Shown here: piece after piece, positions 30,890 to 41,284 of the stretch | Layout of the letters: every line of letters starts with the position of its first letter | How positions within the stretch are numbered: position 1 is the first letter of the stretch | DNA from: Nitrospirota bacterium | GTDB lineage: Bacteria; JACPQY01 | DNA: 64,000 nucleotides | Direction of reading: 5' to 3' | Assembly (NCBI GenBank): GCA_016180645.1 | Contig: JACPAV010000007.1 | Span: forward strand, 40,888 to 104,887 | The notes under the pieces: model-generated | The model's input: the letters and a program-made list of their open reading frames with translations, nothing else | What the model was told of the DNA's origin: nothing | The model's database searches: none | Position numbers and translations under genes: made by a program

Positions 30890-31243
30890 GTGCCCGTGAA
30901 ACCCAGCGAAGCGGAAAACGAATACTTCACGCGGATCGAGCTCGAGCGGTTGAGACGCGCGGAAGAGGAAAAGCAGAAGACCCTCTCCGAAGAGGAGCGA
31001 CACAAACTGAAAGAAATCCACTTCATGTGCTGCCCGAAATGCGGGATGAAATTGGTGGAGATCCGTTACAAGGGTGTCGAGATCGACGAATGCTCGCACT
31101 GCGAGGGAGTGTGGCTTGACGCCGGAGAACTGGTGAAAATGTTGGCAGAGGAGAAAAAGCGAAAGATCCCCCTGTTGTCTCTCTTTACGGCGAAAGCCCA
31201 CCCGCACAAGGAATCAGCCCGGAAGTCGGGATCGAAACACTAA
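30890..31243 (+). CDS. zinc-ribbon (zf-TFIIB-like) domain protein with N-terminal coiled coil
   Basis: …CPKCGMKLVEIRYKGVEIDECSHCEGVWLDAGEL… (CxxC…CxxC). Confidence 0.5.
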   Translation: MPVKPSEAENEYFTRIELERLRRAEEEKQKTLSEEERHKLKEIHFMCCPKCGMKLVEIRYKGVEIDECSHCEGVWLDAGELVKMLAEEKKRKIPLLSLFTAKAHPHKESARKSGSKH

Positions 31244-31571
31244 GCTCGACTTTTGCCATTTTTCCATGCTGTGTGAACATCACTTCACGAGGGAAGGCCA
31301 TTTCCACGCCGTGAATTTTGAGACAGGAGCCGTTTTCCGCAAAAGTCGAGCTAAGGATGGCGCAGCATGGAACTCGGCCTCGGCACGGGGGGGGAGTGAA
31401 AAAGGCCATCGCTTCATGCGGAATTTCGTCCGGAGGCCATCAGGCCCCAGGTGGACAGAATCCGGAAAGTCTGCGAAGGTGAAAAACGAATCGGCGATGC
31501 CCTCAATCTCGACGATCACAGGGACGACCGCAAAAGCAACGTGAAATAAGCGATCACTAAAGGAGGACGCA

Positions 31572-32429
31572 ATGGACGATAGTGATATCGACGCGGCCAA
31601 AGATGCCGTGCGGTCTGCCATGAAGAAAGGCCCTTTGAGGTCGGCTCTGATTGTTGGAGCCATACTGGTGGGTTTCCTGTTTTTTGCGCCATGGGTTCAG
31701 GTGGGTCCGGGTGAAAGAGGGATTGTCCTCAATTTTGGCGCCGTTCAGGATACGGTGTTGAGTGAAGGACTCCATTTCAGGGTGCCTGTCATGCAGAGGG
31801 TGGCCATGATGGATGTCAAGGTGCAGAAGGCCGTGACGGATTCCGCATCGGCCTCGGCTGATCTTCAGGATGTGACGATGTCGGTTGCGCTCAACTATCA
31901 TGTCCTGCCTGACAAGGCCAATGTGGTCTACCAAACCATCGGGGTGCAATTCAAGGAGCGTATCATAGACCCTGCCATACAAGAGGTGATGAAAGCCGTG
32001 TCGGCCAGATACTCGGCGGAAGAACTTATTGCCAAGAGGCCGGCCGTAAGCGAGGCCATGAGAGGGGCCCTTTCTGAAAGACTCCTGGCGTACAATATAG
32101 CCGTGGATGCGTTTTCCATCGTCTCGTTCAGTTTCTCGCGGATATTTACGGAGGCTATTGAGTCCAAGCAGACGGCGGAACAGCTTGCGTTAAAGGCAAA
32201 AAGAGACTTGGAAAGGATAAAGATTGAGGCGGAGCAGAAGATTACGGCGGCAAGGGCAGAGGCGGAGTCGTTGAGATTGCAGAGGGCGAATATTTCGGAA
32301 GACCTGATCGAGCTGAGAAAGATTGAGGCCAATCTCAAGGCCATAGAGAAATGGAACGGAATTCTCCCGCAGGTCACAGGCGGCGGCGCGGTGCCGTTTA
32401 TCGGCGTGGGTGATGTGCCGAAAAGGTAG
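31572..32429 (+). CDS. SPFH/band-7 (prohibitin-like) membrane protein
   Basis: N-terminal TM, then …GERGIVLNFGAVQDTVLSEGLHFRVP…; C-terminal coiled coil. Confidence 0.8.
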   Translation: MDDSDIDAAKDAVRSAMKKGPLRSALIVGAILVGFLFFAPWVQVGPGERGIVLNFGAVQDTVLSEGLHFRVPVMQRVAMMDVKVQKAVTDSASASADLQDVTMSVALNYHVLPDKANVVYQTIGVQFKERIIDPAIQEVMKAVSARYSAEELIAKRPAVSEAMRGALSERLLAYNIAVDAFSIVSFSFSRIFTEAIESKQTAEQLALKAKRDLERIKIEAEQKITAARAEAESLRLQRANISEDLIELRKIEANLKAIEKWNGILPQVTGGGAVPFIGVGDVPKR

Positions 32430-32513
32430 ACTCGGAAACGCTGGCTCCGCCCTTTACAGCTCTTGCGACACCGGCTACAATGCGCGCCCATGTTTAGCAA
32501 AGGAGAAACAAGA

Positions 32514-33254
32514 ATGAGCAAACATTTGGCGGCCCTTTTCGCGGCGGCGGCGGTCGTAGCCTGCACGTCCGCCGGGAACAAGGGTCTCGAAGAACGCGTC
32601 AAGAAGCTTGAAGACCAGGTCAAAGACCTCCGCGTGGACGTGAACAACGTCAAGACCGCGCGCCCCAGCGGCGGCGGTGAAGAGGAACCGGCCAAGGAGG
32701 TCACCGTCAAGATCGGGGAGTACTATCAGGGAGACGAGGATGCCAAAGTCGGCATCGTCGAATTCTCTGACTTCCAATGACCGTTCTGCGGTCGTTGGTA
32801 CAACGACACATTGAGCAAGCTCAGAGCGGACTACATCAACAAGGGCAAAGTGGTTTTCTCGTATCGTCAATATCCTCTTCCCTTCCATCCCCACGCTCAG
32901 AAAGCGGCGGAAGCCAGCGTCTGCGCGGGCGACCAGGGCAAGTTCTGGGAAATGCACGACGCGATCTTCCAGGACATCCAGAAGATTGAAGTGCCCGCCC
33001 TGAAGGAAAGGGCCAAGAAGATCGGACTGAAGCAATCCAAGTTCGATTCCTGCGTGGATTCCGGAAAACTCAAGGAGGCGGTGGAGAAGGATGCGAGCGA
33101 TGGCGCTGCCGTGGGCATCCGTGGTACGCCCGGGTTCGTCGTCGGCAAAGTGGATCACAAGAACAAGACCGTCACCGGGAAGATCATCTCCGGCGCGTAT
33201 CCCTATCAGACCTTCAAGGACCAGATCGAGGAGAGCCTCAAAGCGATTGACTGA
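32514..33254 (+). CDS. DsbA-like thiol:disulfide oxidoreductase lipoprotein with in-frame TGA at 32778-32780 replacing the first Cys of the CxxC motif (candidate selenoprotein, UPFC)
   Basis: RBS aaggag, then ATG at 32514. Lipobox …AAVVACTS…. The ORFs 32463..32780 and 32811..33254 are in the same frame and read …VGIVEFSDFQ-TGA-PFCGRWYND…YINKGKVVFSY…. This aligns with the DsbA/BdbD pattern EFxDxxCPxC with TGA exactly at the first Cys. A 7-bp stem hairpin starts 10 nt downstream. Confidence 0.6.
32791..32807 (+). promoter_or_regulatory. candidate bacterial SECIS-like hairpin (gtcgttg-gta-caacgac) 10 nt downstream of the in-frame UGA
   Basis: Perfect 7-bp stem read directly. Position relative to UGA is compatible with bacterial SECIS spacing. 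Confidence 0.35.
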
Positions 33255-33399
33255 TTTCGGGCGGGGCGCACACTGGGTTAGACGCATTCTCACCCTTCGA
33301 CGGCGCTCAGGGCGAGCGGCATGTGCTGATGGGAGCGAAAGCTCCGTTCGTGGTGAGCCCCTCGATAAACTCGGGACCTTATGGGGTCCTGAGCGAGTC

Positions 33400-35673
33400 A
33401 AAGGGCCTGTCGAACCACGGGCCGATGCCTGCTTCATCTCTCTGGGACTACTTGCCGCTCTCCTTCTTTCCGCCTGCTACACGGACAAACCCCAGTACGT
33501 GGGTGGGTTCCGGGTGCAGCAATCGGGAAACCGTTTCACTCTATCCGGACCGGACGGCCGGAAACTCCTGGTGGATGCCTCGGCCCAAGTAGGCCAATTC
33601 ACCTTCCAACCCTGCTATCCGGACCCTCTCGGCCTGTCGTGCGGGAGTGGACAGGACATTCTCGGATGGGTGAGGATCGCTCGGGACTGGTCCGATTGGG
33701 CCGGTGAAGGAAGCGGCGGCGCAAGTTCTGATGACGGTACGGATCGCCGTCCCCGGAGCGGAGCGGAGCGGGGGGCCAAAGTCGATTTCATCGAGGAAGG
33801 GAAAGGCGTGATCCGAATCCACATCGAGAGCGCGGACGGGCGGGACAATGGAGGATTTCTCTCGTTCGACTGCGACTCCCGCGATGCCTTTCTGGGCTTG
33901 GGCGAACGGTTCGACGGCGTCAACCAACGCGGGCGGATCGTTCCGACCATCGTGGAAGAGGGTGGCGTCATCTACTCCGGAAACGACCGGCCCAAACCGC
34001 ATCTGGCCACGTACTATCCCGTGCCGTTCTATCTGAGCCCCCGCGGCTATGGGCTTTGGGTGGACGTCTCCGAGCCGACGTACTTCGATCTCTGCTCTTC
34101 CGATCCCAAACGCGTCTCCATCGAGGTTCTAAAACAACCTTTCGACGTGTGGATCTTTTCGGACAAAGACCCTCTGAAGATCATTTCCCTCTTCACCGAG
34201 CGCACGGGACGCCCAAAACTCTCGCCGCCGTGGGCCTTCGCGCCGTGGAACGATTCCGTGGCGTGCAGTTTCATCTCCTCCGAGACCAACTACGGCGAAA
34301 CCTGCGATATCGCCAAGGAGCCAGGCCTCGGTGAACGAAAAGTCCGCGCGTTGGCAAAAGAGCTCAAGGAGAAAGAGGTCCCCACGTCCGTCATCTTCTC
34401 CGAAGATTGGATCGGCGCCGAGCCGGCAAGCCCCTTCGGCTACACGATTGTCGCCGACGCCACGATCGATCGCGGGCTCTACCCGAACATCGAGTCGCTG
34501 GCCCAAGATCTCCACGCGCAGGGGATACGGTTCCTAGTGTACTACTTCCCCTACCTGATCGAAGAATTGGACGAGAACGGCGAACCCCGCAAGGGCAGCG
34601 ACTACGCCGAGGCACTCTCGAAGGGATACGCCCTCAAGGATGCCGCTGGGAAGCCCTACAATTTTCTCATGATCACGCGCCGTGTCGCTCAGGTCGATTT
34701 CACGAATCCGGCCGCACGGAAGTGGTACAAGGGCATCCTGCGCCGCGCGATCGACCTCGGCGCGGACGGCTGGATGGCCGATTTCGGTGAATACACGCCG
34801 CTGGACGCGGTGGCGTACGACGGCACCAGCGGCCTCGCCCTCCGAAACGCGTTCCCCGTCCAGTGGCACAAGATCAATCGCGAAGTGTGGGACGAAGCGA
34901 GACCCAACGGCGACTACGTCTTCTTCACCCGCTCCGGATACACCGGCACCCAGCAGTACTCGCCCGTTTCCTGGCCGGGAGACCAGAACACCGATTGGAG
35001 CCTGCTGGACGGCCTTCCCTCCATTCTTCCCTCCGCGCTCGCCCTGGGCATTTCGGGTCAACCCATTTTTGGGCACGACATCGCGGGCTACACCACCATT
35101 CCCGGCGCGAAGAACACCGACAAGGAATTGTTCATGCGGTGGACGGAACTGGGCGCCTTCTCGCCCATCATGAAAACCCACCACGGAAACGAGGCCGGCC
35201 AGAATTGGACGTTCGATCGGGACGACGAAACGCTGGCCCATTTCAAGCTCCATGCCGAGGTCCACACCGCGCTCTTCCCGTATCTCTACGGCCTGGCCCA
35301 GGAGGCATCGGACACGGGCCATCCCCTCATGCGTCATCTCTACCTCCAATACCCGGAGGATGCCGAAGCGTCCTCCATCGAAGATGAGTATCTCCTGGGC
35401 CCGGATCTCCTGGTCGCGCCGGTAGTGACACCAAGTACGTCATCACGCACAGTCTACTTTCCGAAAGGGCGATGGATCGATTTCTGGAGACTCTACTTTG
35501 GCAATCCGGAGCCGGAGGCGTACGGGGGTCCCGGCCGCCATGATGTTCGCGCATCGCGTATCCCGGTCTTCGTGCGCGCCGGGGCCTCGATCCCTGTGCT
35601 CGACCCGGTGCCCCTGACTCTCGACGGCATAGATCTGGACAATCTCAGCTTGAGAACCATCGAGGCCCAGTAG
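33400..35673 (+). CDS. glycoside hydrolase family 31 (alpha-glucosidase-like) lipoprotein; start unresolved (no canonical start before the signal peptide)
   Basis: …ISLGLLAALLLSACYTD… lipobox; GH31 catalytic-region motifs …WMADFGEY… and …GHDIAGY…. Confidence 0.75.
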   Translation, partial: KGPVEPRADACFISLGLLAALLLSACYTDKPQYVGGFRVQQSGNRFTLSGPDGRKLLVDASAQVGQFTFQPCYPDPLGLSCGSGQDILGWVRIARDWSDWAGEGSGGASSDDGTDRRPRSGAERGAKVDFIEEGKGVIRIHIESADGRDNGGFLSFDCDSRDAFLGLGERFDGVNQRGRIVPTIVEEGGVIYSGNDRPKPHLATYYPVPFYLSPRGYGLWVDVSEPTYFDLCSSDPKRVSIEVLKQPFDVWIFSDKDPLKIISLFTERTGRPKLSPPWAFAPWNDSVACSFISSETNYGETCDIAKEPGLGERKVRALAKELKEKEVPTSVIFSEDWIGAEPASPFGYTIVADATIDRGLYPNIESLAQDLHAQGIRFLVYYFPYLIEELDENGEPRKGSDYAEALSKGYALKDAAGKPYNFLMITRRVAQVDFTNPAARKWYKGILRRAIDLGADGWMADFGEYTPLDAVAYDGTSGLALRNAFPVQWHKINREVWDEARPNGDYVFFTRSGYTGTQQYSPVSWPGDQNTDWSLLDGLPSILPSALALGISGQPIFGHDIAGYTTIPGAKNTDKELFMRWTELGAFSPIMKTHHGNEAGQNWTFDRDDETLAHFKLHAEVHTALFPYLYGLAQEASDTGHPLMRHLYLQYPEDAEASSIEDEYLLGPDLLVAPVVTPSTSSRTVYFPKGRWIDFWRLYFGNPEPEAYGGPGRHDVRASRIPVFVRAGASIPVLDPVPLTLDGIDLDNLSLRTIEAQ

Positions 35674-35820
35674 GCCCTCGCCTTGCGTCAATTTGACGTG
35701 CCGATTTTCCAGTTCTCGCCGCGGGCGCATGAGAAATGACCTCCTATCAATACAATCTTGAATTTCCCATGGCATCGGAATTGCCCATCTATACCCGACA
35801 TCGAATGAAGGAGGTTTGAA

Positions 35821-37725
35821 ATGGCGCAGGCACAAGCGAAAATTATCGGCATCGATTTGGGCACCACCAACAGCGTGGTGGCCATCATGGAGGGCGGCGA
35901 ACCCCTGGTGATTGCCAACGAAGAGGGAAGCCGGCTGACTCCCTCCGTTGTCGGATTCGGCAAAGACGGAGAAGTCATGGTGGGCCAGATCGCCAAGCGC
36001 CAGTCCGTGACCAATCCCGAGAATACCGTCTACTCGATCAAACGCTTCATGGGTCGGCGATACGAGGAAGTCAATGAAGAGATGAAGATGGTTCCGTATC
36101 GCGTGCTCAAGGAAGGGGACATCGTGAAAGTGGACGTCAGCGGCAAGAAATACTCGCCGCCGGAAATCTCGGCGCACGTTCTGATGAAGCTCAAGCGGGC
36201 GGCGGAGAACCATCTCGGCCATCCGGTGACCGATGCCGTTGTCACCGTCCCCGCTTATTTCAACGATGCGCAGCGAAAGGCGACGCAGGACGCGGGCAAG
36301 ATCGCGGGACTGAATGTGCGCCGGATCATCAACGAGCCGACGGCCGCTGCGCTGGCCTATGGCCTGGACAAGAAGAAGGATCAACTCATTGCGGTGTACG
36401 ATTTCGGCGGCGGCACGTTCGACATCTCGATCCTCGAAGTGGGCGACAACGTGGTGGAAGTGAAGGCCACCAACGGCGATACCCACCTGGGTGGCGACAA
36501 CATCGACCAGCGGATCATTGAGTGGCAAATCGCGGAGTTCAAGAAAGAATCCGGGATCGACCTTTCAAAGGATCGCATGGCGCTCCAGCGGCTGCGCGAA
36601 GCCGCCGAGAAGGCCAAGATCGAGCTCTCCAGCGTCAAGGAAACGGAAATCAATCTCCCCTTCGTCACGGCGGACGCGAACGGGCCGAAACATCTCTTCT
36701 TGAAACTGACGAGGGCCAAGCTTGAAAGCCTCGTCGGCGACCTCGTCGAGCGAAGCCTCGGCCCCCTCAAGCAGGCGCTCAAGGATGCCGGCGTGAAACC
36801 GTCCGACGTTCACGAGGTCGTCATGGTGGGCGGCCAGACCCGCATGCCGAAAATCCAGGAGGTGGTGAAGGAGTTCTTCGGGCGCGAACCTCACAAGGGC
36901 GTGAACCCGGATGAAGTCGTGGCCGTGGGCGCGGCGGTTCAGGGCGGCGTTCTCCGCGGCGAGGTGAAGGATATCCTCCTGCTGGACGTGACTCCGCTCT
37001 CGCTCGGTGTCGAAACGCTCGGCGGCGTGATGACCACGCTGATCCAACGGAACACGACCATCCCGACGCGAAAGAGCGAAGTCTTCACCACGGCGGCCGA
37101 CAGCCAGACGTCCGTTGAGGTCCACGTCCTCCAGGGCGAACGCCCGATGGCGAAGGACAACCGGACGCTCGGCCGGTTCCATCTCGTGGGCCTGCCTCCC
37201 GCACCCCGCGGCGTTCCGCAAGTGGAGGTGACGTTCGACATCGATGCCAATGGCGTCATCAACGCCTCCGCCATCGACAAGGCCACGGGCAAGGAGCAAA
37301 AAATCACCATCACGTCATCGAGCGGTCTCAGCGAAAAGGATGTGGAGAAGATGGTGAAGGAGGCGGAATCGTTCCGCGAAGAGGACGCCCAGCGGCGCGA
37401 GGTGGTGGATGCGCGGAATCAGCTCGATTCCCTCGTCTACTCCACCGAGAAGCTCCTGAACGACAACAAGGACAAGATTCCCGAAAAGGAAGCCAAGGCT
37501 ATCGAGGAGGCCCTCAAGGAAGCAAGGGAAGCGTCGACCGGCGAAGACTTGAAAGCGGTCAAGAAGGCCACGGAGCAACTGACTCAGGCCACACACAAGC
37601 TCTCCGAAGTCCTGTACAAGCAGGCGTCCGGCCCCACCGGCGCGCCGGAGGCGGAAAAAGGCAACGGCGCCGGCAAGGCCGAGGAGGCGGAGGTCGTGGA
37701 CGCGGAAGTCGAGGATTCGAAGTAG
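35821..37725 (+). CDS. dnaK: molecular chaperone DnaK (Hsp70)
   Basis: …[14 protein letters not shown]…; …DLGGGTFD…; full-length Hsp70 colinearity. Confidence 0.97.
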   Translation: MAQAQAKIIGIDLGTTNSVVAIMEGGEPLVIANEEGSRLTPSVVGFGKDGEVMVGQIAKRQSVTNPENTVYSIKRFMGRRYEEVNEEMKMVPYRVLKEGDIVKVDVSGKKYSPPEISAHVLMKLKRAAENHLGHPVTDAVVTVPAYFNDAQRKATQDAGKIAGLNVRRIINEPTAAALAYGLDKKKDQLIAVYDFGGGTFDISILEVGDNVVEVKATNGDTHLGGDNIDQRIIEWQIAEFKKESGIDLSKDRMALQRLREAAEKAKIELSSVKETEINLPFVTADANGPKHLFLKLTRAKLESLVGDLVERSLGPLKQALKDAGVKPSDVHEVVMVGGQTRMPKIQEVVKEFFGREPHKGVNPDEVVAVGAAVQGGVLRGEVKDILLLDVTPLSLGVETLGGVMTTLIQRNTTIPTRKSEVFTTAADSQTSVEVHVLQGERPMAKDNRTLGRFHLVGLPPAPRGVPQVEVTFDIDANGVINASAIDKATGKEQKITITSSSGLSEKDVEKMVKEAESFREEDAQRREVVDARNQLDSLVYSTEKLLNDNKDKIPEKEAKAIEEALKEAREASTGEDLKAVKKATEQLTQATHKLSEVLYKQASGPTGAPEAEKGNGAGKAEEAEVVDAEVEDSK

Positions 37726-37809
37726 GGGCGAGGCATGCCTCGCCCGAGCCAAGGCGGCGGCTAGTGCGGTCGTCTTTACACGGGCCGCCTCCGTCTCTAC
37801 ATTAGGAGC

Positions 37810-38760
37810 ATGGGCAAGGACTACTACAAGACCCTGGGCGTCTCGCACAACGCGTCGACGGACGATCTGAAGAAAGCCTACAAGCGGCTGGCGAAGAAGT
37901 ATCACCCCGACTTGAATCCGGGCGATAGATCGGCCGAATCGAAGTTCAAGGACATCAGTGAGGCGTACGCCGTTCTGGGGAACGCGGAGAAACGCCGCCA
38001 GTACGATCACGTCGGCCCGTCCGGCTTTCATTTCGATCCGCGCGAGTACCGGACAACGGGGGGCGGCGTTCAATTCGATCTCGGCGGGTTCGATCTCGGC
38101 GACTTGTTCGACGGTATCTTCGGCGGGCGCGGCGGGCGGGGTCGCGGCGGCAGCGCGGATCCCCGTGACGGATCCTTCCGCCGTCCGCGGAGCGGAGCGG
38201 AGTGGGGCGGGTTTGGTCAGCAACAGATGCCGCACGGCGGCGATCTGGAATATACGCTGGAGCTTGAATTCGATCAGGCCATCGAAGGCTACACCGCGGG
38301 CATCAACGTGAACGGTGAGATCATCAAGGTCAAGATCCCTGCAGGAGTGGACAACGGGTCCAGGGTCCGGGTTCGTCAAAAGGGAGCCGTCAGCCCGTTC
38401 GGCGGGCCTCGGGGCGATCTCTATATCCGGGTGCTGGTCCGCCCTCACCCCCTGTTCGAGCGAAAAGGAAAAGATTTGCACGTGGAATTGCCCGTGACGT
38501 TTCCGGAGGCTGCCCTGGGCGCCACGGTGGAGGTGCCTTCATTGCACGACCGGACGAAAATCAAGATTCCGCCCGGCACGTCGAGCGGCAAGGTCTTCCG
38601 GATCTCCGGGAAGGGCGTGCGGGTGACCAATGGTGACGGTCCGGGCGACCTGTATGTCAAAGTGAAAATCGTGGTTCCGAAGGATCTGAAAGGCCGGGCG
38701 AAAGACCTCGTGGAGCAGCTCGGAGAGGAGCTTTCCGAAAATCCCAGATCGAGTTTCTAA
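37810..38760 (+). CDS. DnaJ-class co-chaperone lacking the zinc-finger domain (CbpA-like)
   Basis: J-domain …YYKTLGVSHNASTDDLKKAYKRLAKKYHPDLNPGD…; G-rich linker; C-terminal substrate-binding domains; no CxxCxGxG repeats. Confidence 0.85.
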   Translation: MGKDYYKTLGVSHNASTDDLKKAYKRLAKKYHPDLNPGDRSAESKFKDISEAYAVLGNAEKRRQYDHVGPSGFHFDPREYRTTGGGVQFDLGGFDLGDLFDGIFGGRGGRGRGGSADPRDGSFRRPRSGAEWGGFGQQQMPHGGDLEYTLELEFDQAIEGYTAGINVNGEIIKVKIPAGVDNGSRVRVRQKGAVSPFGGPRGDLYIRVLVRPHPLFERKGKDLHVELPVTFPEAALGATVEVPSLHDRTKIKIPPGTSSGKVFRISGKGVRVTNGDGPGDLYVKVKIVVPKDLKGRAKDLVEQLGEELSENPRSSF

Positions 38761-38858
38761 GTGCGTCTAACAGAATGCGTAGGGGAGGGTCTTCAGACCC
38801 TCCCGACAAGAGGGAGCATCTGAAGATGCTCCCCTACGAATCGGCATTCTGTTAGAGG
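38761..38858. repeat. nested-hairpin repeat element, copy 1 (shares the gtgcgtctaacagaatgcgtaggggag … ctcccctacgaatcggcattctgtta architecture)
   Basis: Contains inner palindromes gggtcttcagaccc and gggagcatctgaagatgctccc inside an outer ~19-bp stem; near-identical copy at 39859-39952. Confidence 0.85.
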
Positions 38859-38943
38859 TCTGTTAGAGGCTCTAAGAATGATAATCTGGTGCAGAGCCTT
38901 CAGGCTCTGCCAGTAAAGTGCGCAAGGACTCTTGCGAGCATAG

Positions 38944-39804
38944 TTGGATGGAGGTGATGACATGAACAATCTTCGAACCGTTTTCCTGCTCGGAACACTC
39001 ACCGCGCTCCTGCTCTTCGCGGGCGGCATGATGGGTGGTCAGCAAGGACTCACCATGGCCCTCTTCATGGCGGGCCTAATGAACTTCATCGCGTACTTCT
39101 GGTCTCACAAGATCGTCCTGGCCATGTATGGGGCAAAGGAAGTGTCGGAAGCCGAAGCGCCCGATCTGCACCGAATCGTCAACGAGCTCGCGATGCGCGC
39201 GGGAATTCCGAAACCGCGCGTGTTCATCATGCCGTCCGAGGCCCCCAACGCGTTCGCCACGGGACGCAATCCTCAGCACGGCGTCGTCGCGGTCACCCAA
39301 GGCACCCTCAAGCTCCTCAGCCGGAACGAACTCGAAGGGGTTCTGGCCCATGAAATGGGACACATCAAGAACCGCGACATCCTTATTGCGACGATGGCGG
39401 CCACGATTGCGGGCGCTATCGGTTACCTCGCGCACATGGCGCAGTTCGCGGCCATCTTCGGCGGCGGGCGGAGCGACGACGACGATCGAGGCGGAGCCGG
39501 TTCACTGATCTTCATGGCCATTCTCATTCCAATCATCGCGATGCTGATTCAGATGGCCGTTTCGCGCTCGCGCGAATACGTGGCGGACGAAACGGGAGCG
39601 CGCCTGGCCGGAAATCCCTTCGGATTGGCCGATGCCCTTCAGAAATTGCAGGCCTACTCTCAGAGAATCCCGATGGGCGCGAATCCCGGCACGGCGCACC
39701 TGTTCATTGTGAGCCCCCTGAGCGGCCGGGGCGTCATCCAACTCCTCAGCACCCACCCGCCCATCGAAGAACGCATCGCCCGCCTCCGCTCGATGACGTT
39801 CTGA
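38944..39804 (+). CDS. htpX: zinc metalloprotease HtpX
   Basis: TM helices, …HEMGHIKNRD… (HExxH), …LLSTHPPIEERIARL… C-terminus. Confidence 0.9.
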   Translation: MDGGDDMNNLRTVFLLGTLTALLLFAGGMMGGQQGLTMALFMAGLMNFIAYFWSHKIVLAMYGAKEVSEAEAPDLHRIVNELAMRAGIPKPRVFIMPSEAPNAFATGRNPQHGVVAVTQGTLKLLSRNELEGVLAHEMGHIKNRDILIATMAATIAGAIGYLAHMAQFAAIFGGGRSDDDDRGGAGSLIFMAILIPIIAMLIQMAVSRSREYVADETGARLAGNPFGLADALQKLQAYSQRIPMGANPGTAHLFIVSPLSGRGVIQLLSTHPPIEERIARLRSMTF

Positions 39805-39818
39805 AAGTACCGAATTGT

Positions 39819-39848
39819 CACACAGAGGCTAAACCTCGACAGTTACTA
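39819..39848 (+). terminator. hairpin aaacctcga-cagttacta-tcgaggttt after htpX (terminator-like)
   Basis: 9-bp perfect stem read directly, followed by a short T-containing tract. Confidence 0.35.
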
Positions 39849-39858
39849 TCGAGGTTTA

Positions 39859-39952
39859 GTGCGTCTAACAGAATGCGTAAGGGAGGGTCTTCAGACCCTC
39901 CCGACTAGAGGGAGCATCTGAAGATGCTCCCCTACGAATCGGCATTCTGTAA
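39859..39952. repeat. nested-hairpin repeat element, copy 2
   Basis: gtgcgtctaacagaatgcgtaagggagggtcttcagaccctcccgactagagggagcatctgaagatgctcccctacgaatcggcattctgtaatgg; ~95% identical to copy 1. Confidence 0.85.
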
Positions 39953-39973
39953 TGGGCCCTTAGCCTCGAAGTC

Positions 39974-41284
39974 TTGGAGGTGAAGATGCTGCGGCTTGGA
40001 GTCACTTCGCTGAGTGTCCTGCTTCTGTTCTCCTGCGATCAATCCAAACCGAAGCAGTCGTACCCCACTCCCATCGAGCACGTTATTTTCATCAGCAAGG
40101 AGAATCGGACGTTCGACACATATTTCGGGGCCTATTCGTCTCCCTCCGGTGATCACGTGGAAGGAACCACAAAAGGAAAGCTGGGATCCACCGTAATCGA
40201 CCTTCCGAGAGGGCAGGACGTCGGGCCCTACGTCATGCACGAGCACTCGAACGCCCTTCTTTCATGGAACGGCGGCGCGATGGATGGGTTCTACCTGACT
40301 CCCCGTTTGTACGGACCCCCCACCCAAGAGGAGAAATTGGAATCCTACGTGCAGTACCTGAGGGACGATATCCCGAACTATTGGGCGCTCGCCGACCGCT
40401 TCGCGCTGGCCGATCATTACTTTACGTCCGTCATGACCTCGACCTTCCCGAATCGGCTCCATTCCGTGGCCGCGCAGGCGGCCGGGATGTATCAACTGCC
40501 GATCTCCAAGCCGTGGAGTTGCCAAATCAAATACGCCGCCGCGCCGGTCTTTAAGGAAGACTGCTCCACAGACATGGTTGTCCCCTGTTTCGACATCCCG
40601 ACCATTTTCGACCTCGTGGAGGCGAAGGGGCTGACCTGGAAGATGTACATTTCGCCCAGGGATGGAGGCGGCAATTTCAATGCGCTCTACTCCATCCGCC
40701 GCTACTATGAAAAAGTTCAATCGGACCCCGCCTATGCCGACAAGTTCTTTCCACCTGTCAGCCAATTGGCGGAAGACGCGAGGCGGGACCGGCTGCCCAA
40801 CGTGGCCTTCGTGATCTACCCGATGGAACTCAGCGAGCACGCTCCGGAAGGACCGGTCTGTTGCGGCGAAGAGGCCACCACAAGAGACATCTGGGCCCTC
40901 ATGGAGAGCCCGGCGTGGAAACGGAGCCTCATCATCCTGACGTGGAACGACTACGGCGGCTACCACGACCACGTGCCGCCGCCCGAGCCGCACGCGTGCC
41001 CTTCGGGCGAGGGGCACTACGAGCCCGGCTTCAGAGTGCCCGCAATCTTTGTTTCCCCATACGTCAGGCGAGGGTCGGTCGTTTCAACGGTGCTTCAACA
41101 CGGATCGGTCCTGCGTGGAATCGAGGACATCTTCTCGCTCGGAATGACGCTCCACGACCTGGACCCGCGGGCCAACGATCACACGATGAATTCCATCGCC
41201 GAAGTTCTGAATTTCGCCTCCCCCGATTTCACCGTCCCCCCTCGCACCGCCCGCTCCTGCCCAAACGCCTGCCTCGCAGATTAG
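39974..41284 (+). CDS. phosphoesterase-family lipoprotein (phospholipase C / AcpA acid-phosphatase-like)
   Basis: Lipobox …VLLLFSCDQ…; …IEHVIFISKENRTFDTYFG… phosphoesterase family signature. Confidence 0.75.
   Translation: MEVKMLRLGVTSLSVLLLFSCDQSKPKQSYPTPIEHVIFISKENRTFDTYFGAYSSPSGDHVEGTTKGKLGSTVIDLPRGQDVGPYVMHEHSNALLSWNGGAMDGFYLTPRLYGPPTQEEKLESYVQYLRDDIPNYWALADRFALADHYFTSVMTSTFPNRLHSVAAQAAGMYQLPISKPWSCQIKYAAAPVFKEDCSTDMVVPCFDIPTIFDLVEAKGLTWKMYISPRDGGGNFNALYSIRRYYEKVQSDPAYADKFFPPVSQLAEDARRDRLPNVAFVIYPMELSEHAPEGPVCCGEEATTRDIWALMESPAWKRSLIILTWNDYGGYHDHVPPPEPHACPSGEGHYEPGFRVPAIFVSPYVRRGSVVSTVLQHGSVLRGIEDIFSLGMTLHDLDPRANDHTMNSIAEVLNFASPDFTVPPRTARSCPNACLAD

Noticed and set aside
32778-32780. TGA in the DsbA-like gene interpreted as a simple nonsense mutation or sequencing error
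   Set aside because: Not fully rejected, but judged less likely. The stop coincides exactly with the catalytic Cys codon position, the downstream frame is intact to a normal C-terminus, and a hairpin follows at SECIS-like spacing. It needs genome-wide sel gene evidence.
33091-33400. Long N-terminal extension of the GH31 ORF overlapping the dsbA-like gene
   Set aside because: The extension is R/S/P-rich and overlaps a well-supported gene. The real protein most likely begins near the lipoprotein signal peptide around 33420, although I could not find a canonical start codon there.
35750-35815. Possible sigma32-type heat-shock promoter (cttgaat … cccatcta) upstream of dnaK
   Set aside because: The spacer between the candidate elements is ~20 nt, longer than the 13-17 nt expected, and no CIRCE element is present. 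It is left as unproven.
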